A stretch of 64,000 nucleotides of DNA, taken from NCBI GenBank assembly GCA_046328505.1, contig JAXLWL010000003.1, positions 466,181 to 530,180 of the forward strand, in the 5' to 3' direction. The stretch's first letter is position 1, and each line of letters starts with the position of its first letter. The translations under genes and the position numbers were made by a program. Positions 1 to 9,376 of this stretch are shown here, piece after piece. Under the pieces are notes generated by a model. The model saw nothing but the letters and a program-made list of their open reading frames with translations. It ran no database searches and was not told the origin of the DNA. The stretch is from Anaerolineae bacterium. GTDB lineage: Bacteria; Chloroflexota; Anaerolineae; Epilineales; JAHCIE01.

Positions 1-149
1 TAGTCGAGGCCCAGCTCCGCCGCCTGCGCCTCGAGCTTGTCGCGGCTGCGGCCGGCGAGAATGGGGTGCATGCCGCGGGTGACGGCGAGCCGCGCGATGA
101 GGTCACCCGTGAACCCAGTCGAGCCGTAGAGTAGAAAAGTGCCAGCCAT
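1..149 (-). CDS. NAD(P)-binding saccharopine dehydrogenase-like oxidoreductase, N-terminal part; gene runs off the window start
   Basis: ATG at 149 on minus strand; translation MAGTFLLYGSTGFTGDLIARLAVTRGMHPILAGRSRDKLEAQAAELGLD shows a Rossmann GxxGxxG fingerprint; AAGGAG upstream. Confidence 0.5.
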   Translation of the reverse strand, partial: MAGTFLLYGSTGFTGDLIARLAVTRGMHPILAGRSRDKLEAQAAELGLD

Positions 150-307
150 TGGATTTTCTTCGCTCCTTACGATGTTGCCAGCCGATAGGTCAAAGCCAGC
201 AAAAGCTCTTGCGCCGCTCGGCCATCTGTGATAGACTCGCAGCGGGCGCACAAATCGGCGTCTCTCTCATCATCAGTCTTTGATTCTAGCCATTTGGGAG
301 GAATTCT

Positions 308-712
308 ATGGAACGTCCAACCGGAGTAACGATTATCGCGTGGATCGCGATCATTTGGGGCATCATTCAGCTCGTGTGGTCCTTCCTCGTGCTGGGCTTC
401 TCGAGTGTGGGTTGGGTCGCCGGCCTCGTCATGAGCCAGGGTCTGCAAAACTGGGGCGCGTCTGCCTTCACCGGCGCCTTCGTCAGCATCATCGGAGCCG
501 TCCTGATGTTTGTGGTCGGGTGGGGTATGCTGCGCCTCAAGGGTTGGGCCTGGATACTGGCCGTGATCGCCGTCATCGTCAGCCTCATCCCGCCGCTGAT
601 CACCATGTTCAGCGGCGCCTTCTGGCTCGGGCTTATCGGCCTGATCATCCCCGCCATCCTGACATACTACCTGTTGTCGCCGGGTGTTCGGAGGGCCTTC
701 GGCCGCGCGTAA
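308..712 (+). CDS. small integral membrane protein (4 predicted TM), unknown function
   Basis: 134-aa ORF, very hydrophobic, GGGAGG RBS at 296-301, high GC3. Confidence 0.6.
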   Translation: MERPTGVTIIAWIAIIWGIIQLVWSFLVLGFSSVGWVAGLVMSQGLQNWGASAFTGAFVSIIGAVLMFVVGWGMLRLKGWAWILAVIAVIVSLIPPLITMFSGAFWLGLIGLIIPAILTYYLLSPGVRRAFGRA

Positions 713-757
713 CAAGCGCCCCCTGAAGAATAATCTCAGATCCAGGATACAAATGAG

Positions 758-785
758 TAGAGACGCGCCATAGCGCGTCTCTACA
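758..785. terminator. bidirectional rho-independent terminator between convergent genes
   Basis: perfect 12-bp stem gtagagacgcgc/gcgcgtctctac with cata loop, T-rich flanks on both strands. Confidence 0.6.
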
Positions 786-790
786 TCTTT

Positions 791-2839
791 CTATGCTTCG
801 CCCGCCGGCCGCACGCCGACGAGGACGCTGCGCGGAGGAATGGTCACCGTCGCTTCCCACGCCTCGCCGGTGCGAGCGTCGCGCCAGGCGGGTGGGTAGA
901 GCGCCGCCATCTGGTACTCGTCCGTGGGGTTGACCAGCCCCATGTACTCGTTCTCCGCGGACGCGCGGCGTCCCACCAGGATACCGGCCGGCAGCTCCGC
1001 CACCTCCCACACCCCGGCCAGATGCGCCAGCCACGCGACGATTCGGTCGGCCAGGGCATCATCGGGCCACGCGCCGACATAGGCGACCTGCCCACGCCCC
1101 GCGCCACGCAGGGTCGCGGCGGGCTGTCCCTCCAGCAATCCGCCGCTCCACGTCGCCACGACCTCGACCCGCGGCGCCGGTTGAAGGGCCTCTGCCCACA
1201 GGAGCACCGGCGCCGTCTCCCCTTCCCATGCCAGCTCGTATGTCACGTTCGGCGGCAGGCTATGGAACGCCGTGACCTGCACGCCCGTTAGCTCGGTCAG
1301 CGCCCCCGGTGGGCCGTTCGGGTTCACGACGTTGCTCGGCGTCTTGAATCCGCTGCGCGGCCCTATCATCAGCGTGCCGCCCGCCTCCGCATAGGCGCGT
1401 AGCCGGTCGGCCAGCGCGGCGTCGGCGAGCCAGAGCGTCGGCGCGACGGCCAGCCGGTAGCGCGACAGGTCGGCCCACGGCGATACCACATCCACCGGGA
1501 TGCCGGCGCGCTGGAAGGCGCGGAAATAGGCAAAGACCTCGCGCCGCAGGTCGAAGTCAGCGTTGTGCGGCTGCATTGTCGCCGCCCAGTCGTCCTGGTA
1601 GGAGTAAAGGATCGCGGCGTCGGCGGTCGGCGCGGCGCTCTGCAAGGCTTCGAGCAGCGGACGGTCGGCGGCCAGGTCCGCTACCTCCTGGAGGCCCTGG
1701 TCGGGCGTCCCGTCGTGCTTCAGAAGGCCGCTGTGGAGCTGCTCCTGGGCGAAGTGGCACGCGCGCCAGCGGAAGAACACGACCGTATCCGCCCCGTGGA
1801 CGAAATCCTCCAGCGTCCAGGTGCGTACGACGCCGGGTCGGGGCGTCGGATTGTGCTTCCCCCAGTTGACGTAGCCCGGCTGCTGCTCCATGATCCATGT
1901 CGGCTGCTGCTTCAGCCCACGCATGAGAGCGTGATAGAACGCGGTCATGGCCGAGTCGCCCATGTCGTAGGCGTGGGGTGACGGCGTCGCGCCGGGGCCG
2001 TACAGAATGGGCATGTCGCGGTCGGTGTTGCCCGTCGGGTAATTGTCCCAGCTTACGAAATCCAGGTCGGCCGCCAGCGCGTGATAGTCAATGGAGCGCA
2101 CCGGCCCCATGAGATTGTGGGTGATCCAGCGCCCCGGCGACGCGCCGCGCAGGATATGGACCTGGGAGCGCTGGAACGCGACCCAGCTATCCGACGCGAA
2201 CCGGTAGTAGTCGAGAACTTGGGAGGGATTGGGCTGGCCGAGGACAAGATTGGGTGGCTCGATTTGGGAGAAGTCGCTGTAATTTTGAGACCAGAACACC
2301 GCGCTCCAGGCGTCGTTCACAGCATCGATGCCCTCGTAATGCCGCATGAGCCAGCGGCGGAACGCCGCCGCGCAGTGGGGGCAATAGCACCGCGTAGTGC
2401 TGCCGCCGCCGAACTCGTTGTCGATCTGCCATCCGACGAGGGCCGGGTGCTGCCCATAGCGCTCGGCCATGGCATGGACGATGCGGTCGGAAGCCGCCTG
2501 GAGTTCGGGGGCGTTGGCGCACACGTGGCGGCGCCCGCCGTGGCGGCGTCGGCGCCCCTCGACATCGACGGGGAGCATATCCGGGTGGGCGTGGATGAGC
2601 CAGGCCGGGGGGGCGGCGGTCGGCGTGCCGAGAATGAGACTCAACCCGGCGTTCGCCAGGGTCGCCACGGCTCGGTCGAGCCAATCCCAATCGAACTGCC
2701 CTGCCGAGGGCTCCATTTTCGCCCAGGCAAACTCCGCGATCCGCACGCACTCCAGGCCCAGGTCGCGCATCTGGGCGGCATCCTGCGCCCAGCGCTCCTC
2801 CGGCCAGTGCTCAGGATAGTAATCGACGCCAAACAACAT
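791..2839 (-). CDS. GH42 family beta-galactosidase
   Basis: MLFGVDYYPEHWPEERWAQDAAQMRDLGLECVRIAEFAWAKMEP... is typical GH42; ATG at 2839 preceded by AAGGAG (six-frame ORF extends to 2899). Confidence 0.9.
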   Translation of the reverse strand: MLFGVDYYPEHWPEERWAQDAAQMRDLGLECVRIAEFAWAKMEPSAGQFDWDWLDRAVATLANAGLSLILGTPTAAPPAWLIHAHPDMLPVDVEGRRRRHGGRRHVCANAPELQAASDRIVHAMAERYGQHPALVGWQIDNEFGGGSTTRCYCPHCAAAFRRWLMRHYEGIDAVNDAWSAVFWSQNYSDFSQIEPPNLVLGQPNPSQVLDYYRFASDSWVAFQRSQVHILRGASPGRWITHNLMGPVRSIDYHALAADLDFVSWDNYPTGNTDRDMPILYGPGATPSPHAYDMGDSAMTAFYHALMRGLKQQPTWIMEQQPGYVNWGKHNPTPRPGVVRTWTLEDFVHGADTVVFFRWRACHFAQEQLHSGLLKHDGTPDQGLQEVADLAADRPLLEALQSAAPTADAAILYSYQDDWAATMQPHNADFDLRREVFAYFRAFQRAGIPVDVVSPWADLSRYRLAVAPTLWLADAALADRLRAYAEAGGTLMIGPRSGFKTPSNVVNPNGPPGALTELTGVQVTAFHSLPPNVTYELAWEGETAPVLLWAEALQPAPRVEVVATWSGGLLEGQPAATLRGAGRGQVAYVGAWPDDALADRIVAWLAHLAGVWEVAELPAGILVGRRASAENEYMGLVNPTDEYQMAALYPPAWRDARTGEAWEATVTIPPRSVLVGVRPAGEA

Positions 2840-3035
2840 ACCTATCTCCTTGTCCATGATACCGCCTGCCGTCTCGACAAGCGCGCGGTGTTGAAGCATA
2901 ATGAAACGCGTCCGGTTTCTGGCCTCCCTTTCCCCGTGGACTTGCGTCCACCATCAGGCGGGTGAAATCGCCTGTCACCCCCAAGGACCCCATGCCATGT
3001 GGCGGCAGGCACCGACGCAAGACCACCGCCTTGCT

Positions 3036-3153
3036 GTCATTGCGAGCGTCAGCGAAGCAATCCCTCGCCCTTGTTGCGGGCGGTCTGAGCGGCTATGGCG
3101 AAGATGTCGCCCACCGGTAGATTGCTTCGGCGGCAAAGCCGCCTCGCAGTGAC
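3036..3153. repeat. family-1 palindromic repeat unit (GTCATTGCGAGCG..CGAAGCAATC..loop..GATTGCTTCG..CTCGCAATGAC), MITE/REP-like
   Basis: nested inverted repeats gtcattgcgag/ctcgca(g)tgac and cgaagcaatc/gattgcttcg; left 40 nt almost identical to copy at 45140. Confidence 0.8.
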
Positions 3154-3200
3154 TCCACTGGCTGCCCTGTTCAGGCGAAAGCGAAACGCAGAGTTCGATT

Positions 3201-4250
3201 ATGTCCGAGTTACCACCTGTTCCCCTATCGCTGACAGATCCACGCGCCGTCACTGCGAACGCCGGCGGCGAGCTAACGCCCGGCCAGCGCGAGGCCGTTG
3301 CCGGGCAGATGCGGCGTATCCGCGGCCTGCTCATTTTCTTCCTCGTCAGCGCCATCCTCCTGGTGCTCATCGCCCTGCCCGTCTGGGTTGCGCAAGAAAT
3401 GAGCGCCTCGCCCCTCGCGCTGATCATCCGCCTCACGCTGCTCGCCGTGATCGCCCTCGTTGTGCTCGTCACTACCTGGACGGGCGTGCAGACACGGCGG
3501 ATACGCGCCGACTTCGGCGGCCCTAGCATCGCGTCCGCCGCCGGGCAAGTGCTCTGGAACGAGTCCGCCTATGTAGCGGACATCGGAGGGCGCAGCCTGC
3601 TGCCCCTCCGTGGCGCCGCGATGCCGCCGCCCGGCCGCTATCGATTCTACTATCTCGCCCAGAGTGGCTGGCTGCTATCCGCCGCCCCTCTCCAGTCGGC
3701 CGACCCCACACCGGCCGAGGTGACCACGCGCCTGGCCCAGGCCAACGGACTCCTGGCATCCGCGCTGCCGGCGAATCGCGCCGGCAGCCTCGGGGACGGT
3801 CAGGCGCGTTGGCTGCTCCGCCCGCTGCTCGGGTCAGCGTTGCTGATTGTAGCCGTCGCCATTGTCGCGATAGGGGCCTCGGCCCTTGCGGCTGCGGCAG
3901 GTCAGCCGTGGCTCACCGTCCCCGTCGTCTTGGCCGCCGTGATGATCGTCTTCAGCGACGCGGTGCGCCTCGTTAGAACGATCCGCGACGCGATCGACAA
4001 GCAGGTGCTGTCGGTCGAAGGCGAAGTGGAGCGTCTGACGGCCGGAAGCCGCAGCCGCCCGAAGTACCACTACGCTCTGGGTGACATGCGCTTCGCCGTC
4101 ACAGCAGCGGGGTTCGATGCGCTCGACGAGGAACAGCGTTACCGCCTCTACTACGTCCCGCACAGCGAGCGCCTTGCCAATATCGAGGTGCTTGAGCGCA
4201 TCCCCGTGACGGCGGGCGGGCCGTCGAGCGATGGGGCGCACAGCGCGTAG
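3201..4250 (+). CDS. hypothetical membrane protein (two TM pairs separated by soluble segments)
   Basis: 349-aa ORF, high GC3; TM helices LLIFFLVSAILLVLIALPVWV, LALIIRLTLLAVIALVVLV, LLIVAVAIVAIGASALAAAA, VPVVLAAVMIVF; no recognisable family. Confidence 0.6.
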   Translation: MSELPPVPLSLTDPRAVTANAGGELTPGQREAVAGQMRRIRGLLIFFLVSAILLVLIALPVWVAQEMSASPLALIIRLTLLAVIALVVLVTTWTGVQTRRIRADFGGPSIASAAGQVLWNESAYVADIGGRSLLPLRGAAMPPPGRYRFYYLAQSGWLLSAAPLQSADPTPAEVTTRLAQANGLLASALPANRAGSLGDGQARWLLRPLLGSALLIVAVAIVAIGASALAAAAGQPWLTVPVVLAAVMIVFSDAVRLVRTIRDAIDKQVLSVEGEVERLTAGSRSRPKYHYALGDMRFAVTAAGFDALDEEQRYRLYYVPHSERLANIEVLERIPVTAGGPSSDGAHSA

Positions 4251-4299
4251 ACCAATGCGGGAGCCCTCGGGATGACTCATTTACCCCGCGCCGTGCTGC

Positions 4300-4317
4300 T
4301 TGACACCGGTGTATAAT
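4300..4317 (+). promoter_or_regulatory. promoter-like element (TTGACA ... TGTATAAT) upstream of the 4351 gene
   Basis: ttgacaccggtgtataat; extended -10-like TGTATAAT at 4310-4317; the TTGACA hexamer is only 6 nt upstream, so not a canonical -35. Confidence 0.35.
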
Positions 4318-4350
4318 AGTCGCCAGGACTGAGTCCAACAGGAGGAGCGC

Positions 4351-5496
4351 ATGCCATTCTCACTCTTCAGAAAAGCCGGTGACCCCTACCAGCGTGTAGG
4401 AACGATGATGATGTACGTGCCACGAGACGGATCACAGCCGGTGCGTCCGGGCCAGGATTACTTCCTCGTCCAGATCAAGAGCGCCCAGGCGGCGTTTGAC
4501 GGCGCCATTTGGGACAGCGTGCGGAACCTGGTCGTCACGTCATCGGTCAACCTGAACAGCGCCATCCTGGGCAACCAGGAGATGCGGGCGTTGCAGCGGA
4601 CGTTGTCCGTCGACAAGAATCAGGCGACCCAGCTTGGCCTCAGCCGCGACCTGATCGCGTTGGTTCCGGCGACCATGCCTCGCACCACGGCGTCTGTCGA
4701 TTTTGTCATCGACCGCGAGAACCGCCTGGCGGGCCTCGGCTCCATCATCAACAGCGATAGCTTCCTGACCGTCGTGTCGCTCGCGCCGGGCGTGGCCCCG
4801 GTGGCGCGCATCCTCAGCAAGCTCTCCTCGGATATCATCCGGGCGTATATCCCGGCTGAGGAGCAAAGCCCCATTCTCCAATTCACCGCGGACTTCAACA
4901 TTGATGGCACGGCTAACGGTCTGCAGGATGGGTACTACGTCATCCTCGGAACGGCCGACGCCGACAACCCGCTGCCCGACACCATCAATAGCGTCGAGGT
5001 GCTCGACACGGGCCTGCGTATCGACGGCCAGCCGGTGACGCAGCTCTCGTACATCATTCTCAGCGTCGTTCGCGTGCCGACTCGCCCGGCCAGCCTGTCC
5101 GACGGCGCCCCCTGGGCGGCCAAGTTGCGGGAAGCCGAGGACACGGCGCAGCTCACCAATCTTGACCCCTTCGCCGACGATGCGGCCCGCAAAGAGGCGT
5201 GGGACAAGTGCAAGAAGCTCATCCAGGAAGCGTCGGTGCTGGTGGCCGCCGACCCCAACTATCTGCCCCAGGATGGGCAAACAATCTGGCGAGCGTCGTA
5301 CCAAAAGTGCGTCGATTTGCTCTCAGCCGCGCCATCGGGGACGAGGGACCTCGCGCCGCCCACCGTCGACACGGCGGAAGACCGGCGCGCGATGGGGATT
5401 CCAGTTGACGCCGACATGCGGGCCGTTCTCGCCCACCACGCCGAGAAAGTCATGGCCGCGGAGCGCGCCCTTGAGGACGCGGGATTGGCACCGTGA
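4351..5496 (+). CDS. hypothetical soluble protein, no recognisable family
   Basis: 381-aa ORF with AGGAGG RBS 5 nt upstream; high GC3; no signal peptide or TM. Confidence 0.65.
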   Translation: MPFSLFRKAGDPYQRVGTMMMYVPRDGSQPVRPGQDYFLVQIKSAQAAFDGAIWDSVRNLVVTSSVNLNSAILGNQEMRALQRTLSVDKNQATQLGLSRDLIALVPATMPRTTASVDFVIDRENRLAGLGSIINSDSFLTVVSLAPGVAPVARILSKLSSDIIRAYIPAEEQSPILQFTADFNIDGTANGLQDGYYVILGTADADNPLPDTINSVEVLDTGLRIDGQPVTQLSYIILSVVRVPTRPASLSDGAPWAAKLREAEDTAQLTNLDPFADDAARKEAWDKCKKLIQEASVLVAADPNYLPQDGQTIWRASYQKCVDLLSAAPSGTRDLAPPTVDTAEDRRAMGIPVDADMRAVLAHHAEKVMAAERALEDAGLAP

Positions 5497-5515
5497 GCGC
5501 GCTCAAGACATGGCC

Positions 5516-5852
5516 GTCATTGCGAGACCCCCACGCCGGGTGACGGCATGCGCCGGCACAAGAACACAGTTAAGCCGTCATTGCGAGCGGAGCGAAGCAA
5601 TCCCCCGTCCTTGTCAAAGGCGGTTTGCACCGCTACGGCGTTGCTGTCATCCACCGAGAGATTGCTTCGTCAGTGGGGAGCTTCGCCCCCCACACCCCCG
5701 AGATGCGCTCCTCGCAATGACAGTAGTGTGTGTTCTGAGCAGGAGGACGATAGGACGACGAAGCAATCTCGCTTTGGGTAAATGGCCCGCTCTCGCCGTG
5801 CTAGAGTATCTGCCGCAAGGGCGGGGGATTGCTTCGCTACGCGCGCAATGAC
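5516..5852. repeat. composite array of three family-1 palindromic repeat units
   Basis: repeated gtcattgcgag / cgaagcaatc / gattgcttcg / ctcgcaatgac arms; units shared with locus 52820-53131. Confidence 0.85.
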
Positions 5853-5891
5853 AGGTCGCCTGTGCCTTATGCGGTACACGCGACACTCACG

Positions 5892-7394
5892 CTACCCGTT
5901 GCCCCAGCTCCGCACCGTCTCCACGGCGCGCTGCCAGCGCGCGTAGCCCGCGTCTCGCTCGTCCGCCGAGAGCCGCGGCTCAAAGACCGTGACCGCGCTC
6001 GGCAGCGGCGGCAGGGCACCGTGCGGCCAAACCCCGGCGCCCACGCCGGCGAGGAGGGCCGCGGCCCGGGCCGTCGTCTCCGTGAACGCCGGGCGCACGG
6101 TGGGAATGCCGAGCATGTCCGCCTGAATCTGACAGGCCAGGTCATTGGCCGACACGCCGCCGCCCAGGTAGAGCTGGCCAACGTGAATATCGGCCTGCGC
6201 CGCGATCGTCTCCAGAATGGCGCGCACCTGGTAGCCGAGCGCCTCCAGGAAAGCGCGCAGGATATGCCCGCGGTGGCTGCCCAGGGTCAAGCCCAGGATC
6301 GTGCCGCGGGCGTTGACGTCATTGTACGGGACGTTGAGGCCGGTGAACGCCGGCACGAAGACGACACCGCCGGCATCCGGCACGGAGCCGGCCAGCGGGC
6401 CGACCTCCTCATCGCGGTCAAACAGCCGCGCGCTTTCACGCATCCAGCGAATAGCCGCGCCGGTGACCGTCGCGTCCGCCTCCATGCAGTACGTTATCTC
6501 GCCATCGATTTCCCAGGCGTAATAGACGTTGATGCGCTCCTGCTGTGGCGCGTGGCTCCCGGTACAGACGTCCACGAACGTGGCCGTGCCGTGGGTGCAC
6601 TCGGCGTCGCCGGCCTGACGGCAGTCGTAGCCGTAGAGCGCGGCTTGCTGGTCGCCGATCATGGCCAGCACCGGGACATCGGCCTCCTCACCGTTTGGGC
6701 CTGTCAAGCGCAACACGCCATGGTCGCGGACAGTGGGCACAGCATCCGGCAGAATCGAGCGCGGCACACCGAGCCGCGCCAGCCACTCTTCCCAATAGCA
6801 GTGGGCGCGGAAGTCGTACATCCCCATCTGCTGCACGAGGGATAGGTCGGCGGCGTGGTCGCGCGCCTCGCCGAGGGCCACCAGCAGCCACTCGGCCGAC
6901 GGACCGACGCGCAAGGCGCCGGTGTGAGCCGCGTCGGCGAACGCTCGGTCGTGACGCATCCGCCAGGCCAGATGCATCGCCGAGCTCCACGGGCCTGGGA
7001 AGTAGCCGAGACGCTCGCGCCAGTTCACGGCCTCGGGCCAGCCGGAAAGCTCCGCCACGAGATCGACGGTGCGCAGGTCTTGCCACGTAATCGCGTTGCC
7101 GACTGGGCGACGTGTGTGAGCGTCCCAGGCGAAGTCCGTGTTGCGCTGAGAGGCCAGACCAACGGCGGCCACCTCGCTGGGTGTAATGCCCGCCTGGCGC
7201 AGAGCCTCAGACATGGCGTCGGAAACCGTGGCCGCGACGGCATACGGGTCCTGCTCCACCCGGCCCGCCTCGGGGTAGAGACGCGCCAGCGGGCGGTAGC
7301 CATAGCCGCGCACCTGGCCCTCGCGGTCCAGGATGAGTGCGCGGCTGCCGCTGGTTCCCTGGTCAATTCCAATAACGAAGGATGGAGTAGGCAT
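5892..7394 (-). CDS. FGGY-family carbohydrate kinase (glycerol kinase/xylulokinase-like)
   Basis: N-terminus VIGIDQGTSGSRALILD is the FGGY fingerprint; 500 aa. Confidence 0.85.
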   Translation of the reverse strand: MPTPSFVIGIDQGTSGSRALILDREGQVRGYGYRPLARLYPEAGRVEQDPYAVAATVSDAMSEALRQAGITPSEVAAVGLASQRNTDFAWDAHTRRPVGNAITWQDLRTVDLVAELSGWPEAVNWRERLGYFPGPWSSAMHLAWRMRHDRAFADAAHTGALRVGPSAEWLLVALGEARDHAADLSLVQQMGMYDFRAHCYWEEWLARLGVPRSILPDAVPTVRDHGVLRLTGPNGEEADVPVLAMIGDQQAALYGYDCRQAGDAECTHGTATFVDVCTGSHAPQQERINVYYAWEIDGEITYCMEADATVTGAAIRWMRESARLFDRDEEVGPLAGSVPDAGGVVFVPAFTGLNVPYNDVNARGTILGLTLGSHRGHILRAFLEALGYQVRAILETIAAQADIHVGQLYLGGGVSANDLACQIQADMLGIPTVRPAFTETTARAAALLAGVGAGVWPHGALPPLPSAVTVFEPRLSADERDAGYARWQRAVETVRSWGNG

Positions 7395-7408
7395 AGTTGT
7401 CGCCAGGT

Positions 7409-7464
7409 GTAGTGGCGACTTTGGTCGCTTCCGAAAGCCAGAGAGCGACTAAAGTCGCCACTAC
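7409..7464. repeat. family-2 small palindromic element (GTAGTGGCGACT ... AGTCGCCACTAC)
   Basis: 12-bp perfect terminal inverted repeats enclosing internal sub-hairpins; sits between the kinase start and the HAD gene stop. Confidence 0.75.
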
Positions 7465-7483
7465 ATAATGTCCTGCTGGAGTT

Positions 7484-8299
7484 TCATGGCAGCAAGTCGC
7501 CCAGGTTTCGGACGACGTAGGTAGGACGGACGGACGAGGTGGCCAGAGCCGAGGCCGGCGTCGCGCCGGTCAGCGTCAGGGCGGCGGCCATGCCGGCATC
7601 CAACCCCATCAGCACGTCGGTTTCGAGACGGTCGCCCGTCATGATACACCGGTCGGGCGGCATCTTCAATCGGCCCAGGATCGCCTCCGCCATGTGACGC
7701 GACGGCTTGCCAACGATAGCCTCGACCTTAGTGTTGGTGCACGCCTCGATCGCGGCGATGATCGCCGCGGCGTCCGGCTCCCCGCCGCCTGGCACCGGAC
7801 AATAACGGTCGCCGTTGGTGGCGAAGAATCGCGCGCCGGCGCGGATGGCATCAAAGGCTATCTGGAGCTTGCGGTAGACGAATGTCCTGTCGAAACTGGC
7901 GACAACGGCATCAATGCGTGTTGGATCGTCAGTCAACTCGAAGCCGCCGGCCGCCAGGTCGTGCTCCAGCGGCGCCTCGCCGACGGCGAACACGCGCGCG
8001 CCGGGCATCGTCCGCTGCAGGAAGTCTACCATAACCATCGATGAGTTGACAATGTCGTCTAGCGGCGTGGGCAGGCCGAGCCGCGCCAGGCGCTCGGCGT
8101 ACTCTTGCTGGGTATGGGTCGGGTTGTTGGAGAGAAAGACGGTGCGGCGGCCCATCTCCCGCAGCGTCGTGATGGTCTTGCCGGCCGTTGGGAGCAAGGC
8201 GTTGCCGAGGTAAACCGTGCCGTCGAGGTCGAAGATGTAGGCGTCGTAGAGAACCGAGGGACGGCTTATGGCTGTGTATAGGTCAGTCATGTATGTCAC
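7484..8299 (-). CDS. HAD-superfamily subfamily IIA hydrolase (NagD-like sugar phosphatase)
   Basis: YIFDLDGTVYLG motif I, LSNNPTHT motif, 271 aa. Confidence 0.85.
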   Translation of the reverse strand: MTYMTDLYTAISRPSVLYDAYIFDLDGTVYLGNALLPTAGKTITTLREMGRRTVFLSNNPTHTQQEYAERLARLGLPTPLDDIVNSSMVMVDFLQRTMPGARVFAVGEAPLEHDLAAGGFELTDDPTRIDAVVASFDRTFVYRKLQIAFDAIRAGARFFATNGDRYCPVPGGGEPDAAAIIAAIEACTNTKVEAIVGKPSRHMAEAILGRLKMPPDRCIMTGDRLETDVLMGLDAGMAAALTLTGATPASALATSSVRPTYVVRNLGDLLP

Positions 8300-8507
8300 T
8301 CATGTAGCCAGCGTATCGCCCGCCGACGCCCCCGACTCGAGTCGGGGGCTGAGAGGGCCAAGCCTGCTGAAGCGCAGCAGGGGCGTTACGCCCCCGCACC
8401 CCAAAGAGGGCAGCCCACTTCAGTGGGCTTTGCAGTGTCAGCCTGGCACTTGAGTGCCAGGCGTCGCCGAGAGAGGGTCAAAACTCCCAAGTCAGACTCG
8501 ATTAAGT

Positions 8508-9365
8508 CTAGCCCTTCGTCGCGCCGAGCGTCAGACCCGCGATGAAGTAGCGCTGCAAGAAGATGAACACGAGAACAGTCGGCAGCGCGGCGATGATCGA
8601 GCCGGCGATGATGATGCTGTACTCGGTGATGAATTGGCCCTGCAGGACGGACAGGCCCGTGGTCACTGGCTTGAGCTGGTCGCGCTGGATGAGCACCAGG
8701 GCCCACAGGAAGTCGTTGAAGATCCAGGTAAACTCCAGCGTCGCCAGGGCCGCGATGGCCGGCAGCGTCAGCGGCATCATGATACGGCGGTAGATGCCGA
8801 ACTCCCCGCAGCCGTCGATGCGCGCCGCCTCCAGGATTTCGCCCGGCACCGTACGCATGTAGTTGCGCAGCACGAAGGTGCAGAAGCCGAGCTGGAAAGC
8901 GGTGTGCAACAGGATGGGCGCCCAGTAGGTGTCGTAGATGCCCAGCGTGTCCGACAGCTTAAAGACGGGCAGCAGGAGAATCTGGAACGGCAGCATCGCC
9001 CCGGCGACGAACATGAAGAAGATGAGGCGGTTGCCCGGGAACTTGAAGCGCGACAGAGCGTAGCCGGCCAGCGACGACAGAAACAGCGTCGCGACGAGCG
9101 CCGGCAGGGTGATGATGAAGCTATTGGGCATATAGTGGGACAGGCCGCCCCGGTTCCAGGCTTCGATGTACGCCTGGAAGCTGATGCTAGTAGGCACAGC
9201 GAAGAAGCCACGCTTCACGATGTCATCGTTAGTGCGGAACGAGGTCAGAATGGCGGTGATGACCGGAATAATCCAAAGCAACGTCAGGGCATAGACCAGG
9301 ATGTAGACGATCCACTTACCGATAGAGAAGCCCGTGCGTGGTTGGGTAGGTGCTGCAGCAGCCAT
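8508..9365 (-). CDS. carbohydrate ABC transporter permease (CUT1, MalG-like)
   Basis: conserved region TWIFNDFLWALVLI... and 6 TM; start ATG 9365 with GGGAGG RBS. Confidence 0.9.
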   Translation of the reverse strand: MAAAAPTQPRTGFSIGKWIVYILVYALTLLWIIPVITAILTSFRTNDDIVKRGFFAVPTSISFQAYIEAWNRGGLSHYMPNSFIITLPALVATLFLSSLAGYALSRFKFPGNRLIFFMFVAGAMLPFQILLLPVFKLSDTLGIYDTYWAPILLHTAFQLGFCTFVLRNYMRTVPGEILEAARIDGCGEFGIYRRIMMPLTLPAIAALATLEFTWIFNDFLWALVLIQRDQLKPVTTGLSVLQGQFITEYSIIIAGSIIAALPTVLVFIFLQRYFIAGLTLGATKG

Positions 9366-9376
9366 GGCTCGCCTCC

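Noticed and set aside
4300-4317. TTGACA + TATAAT read as a canonical -35/-10 pair
   Set aside because: Spacer is only 6 nt; retained only as an extended -10-like element with low confidence
5548-5886. Small ORFs with peptides like VIARSASEAIPRPC / CHCEERSDEAISRW inside repeat arrays (also 2901-3152 and 52878-53266)
   Set aside because: They are translations of the palindromic family-1 repeats in several frames and on both strands; not genes
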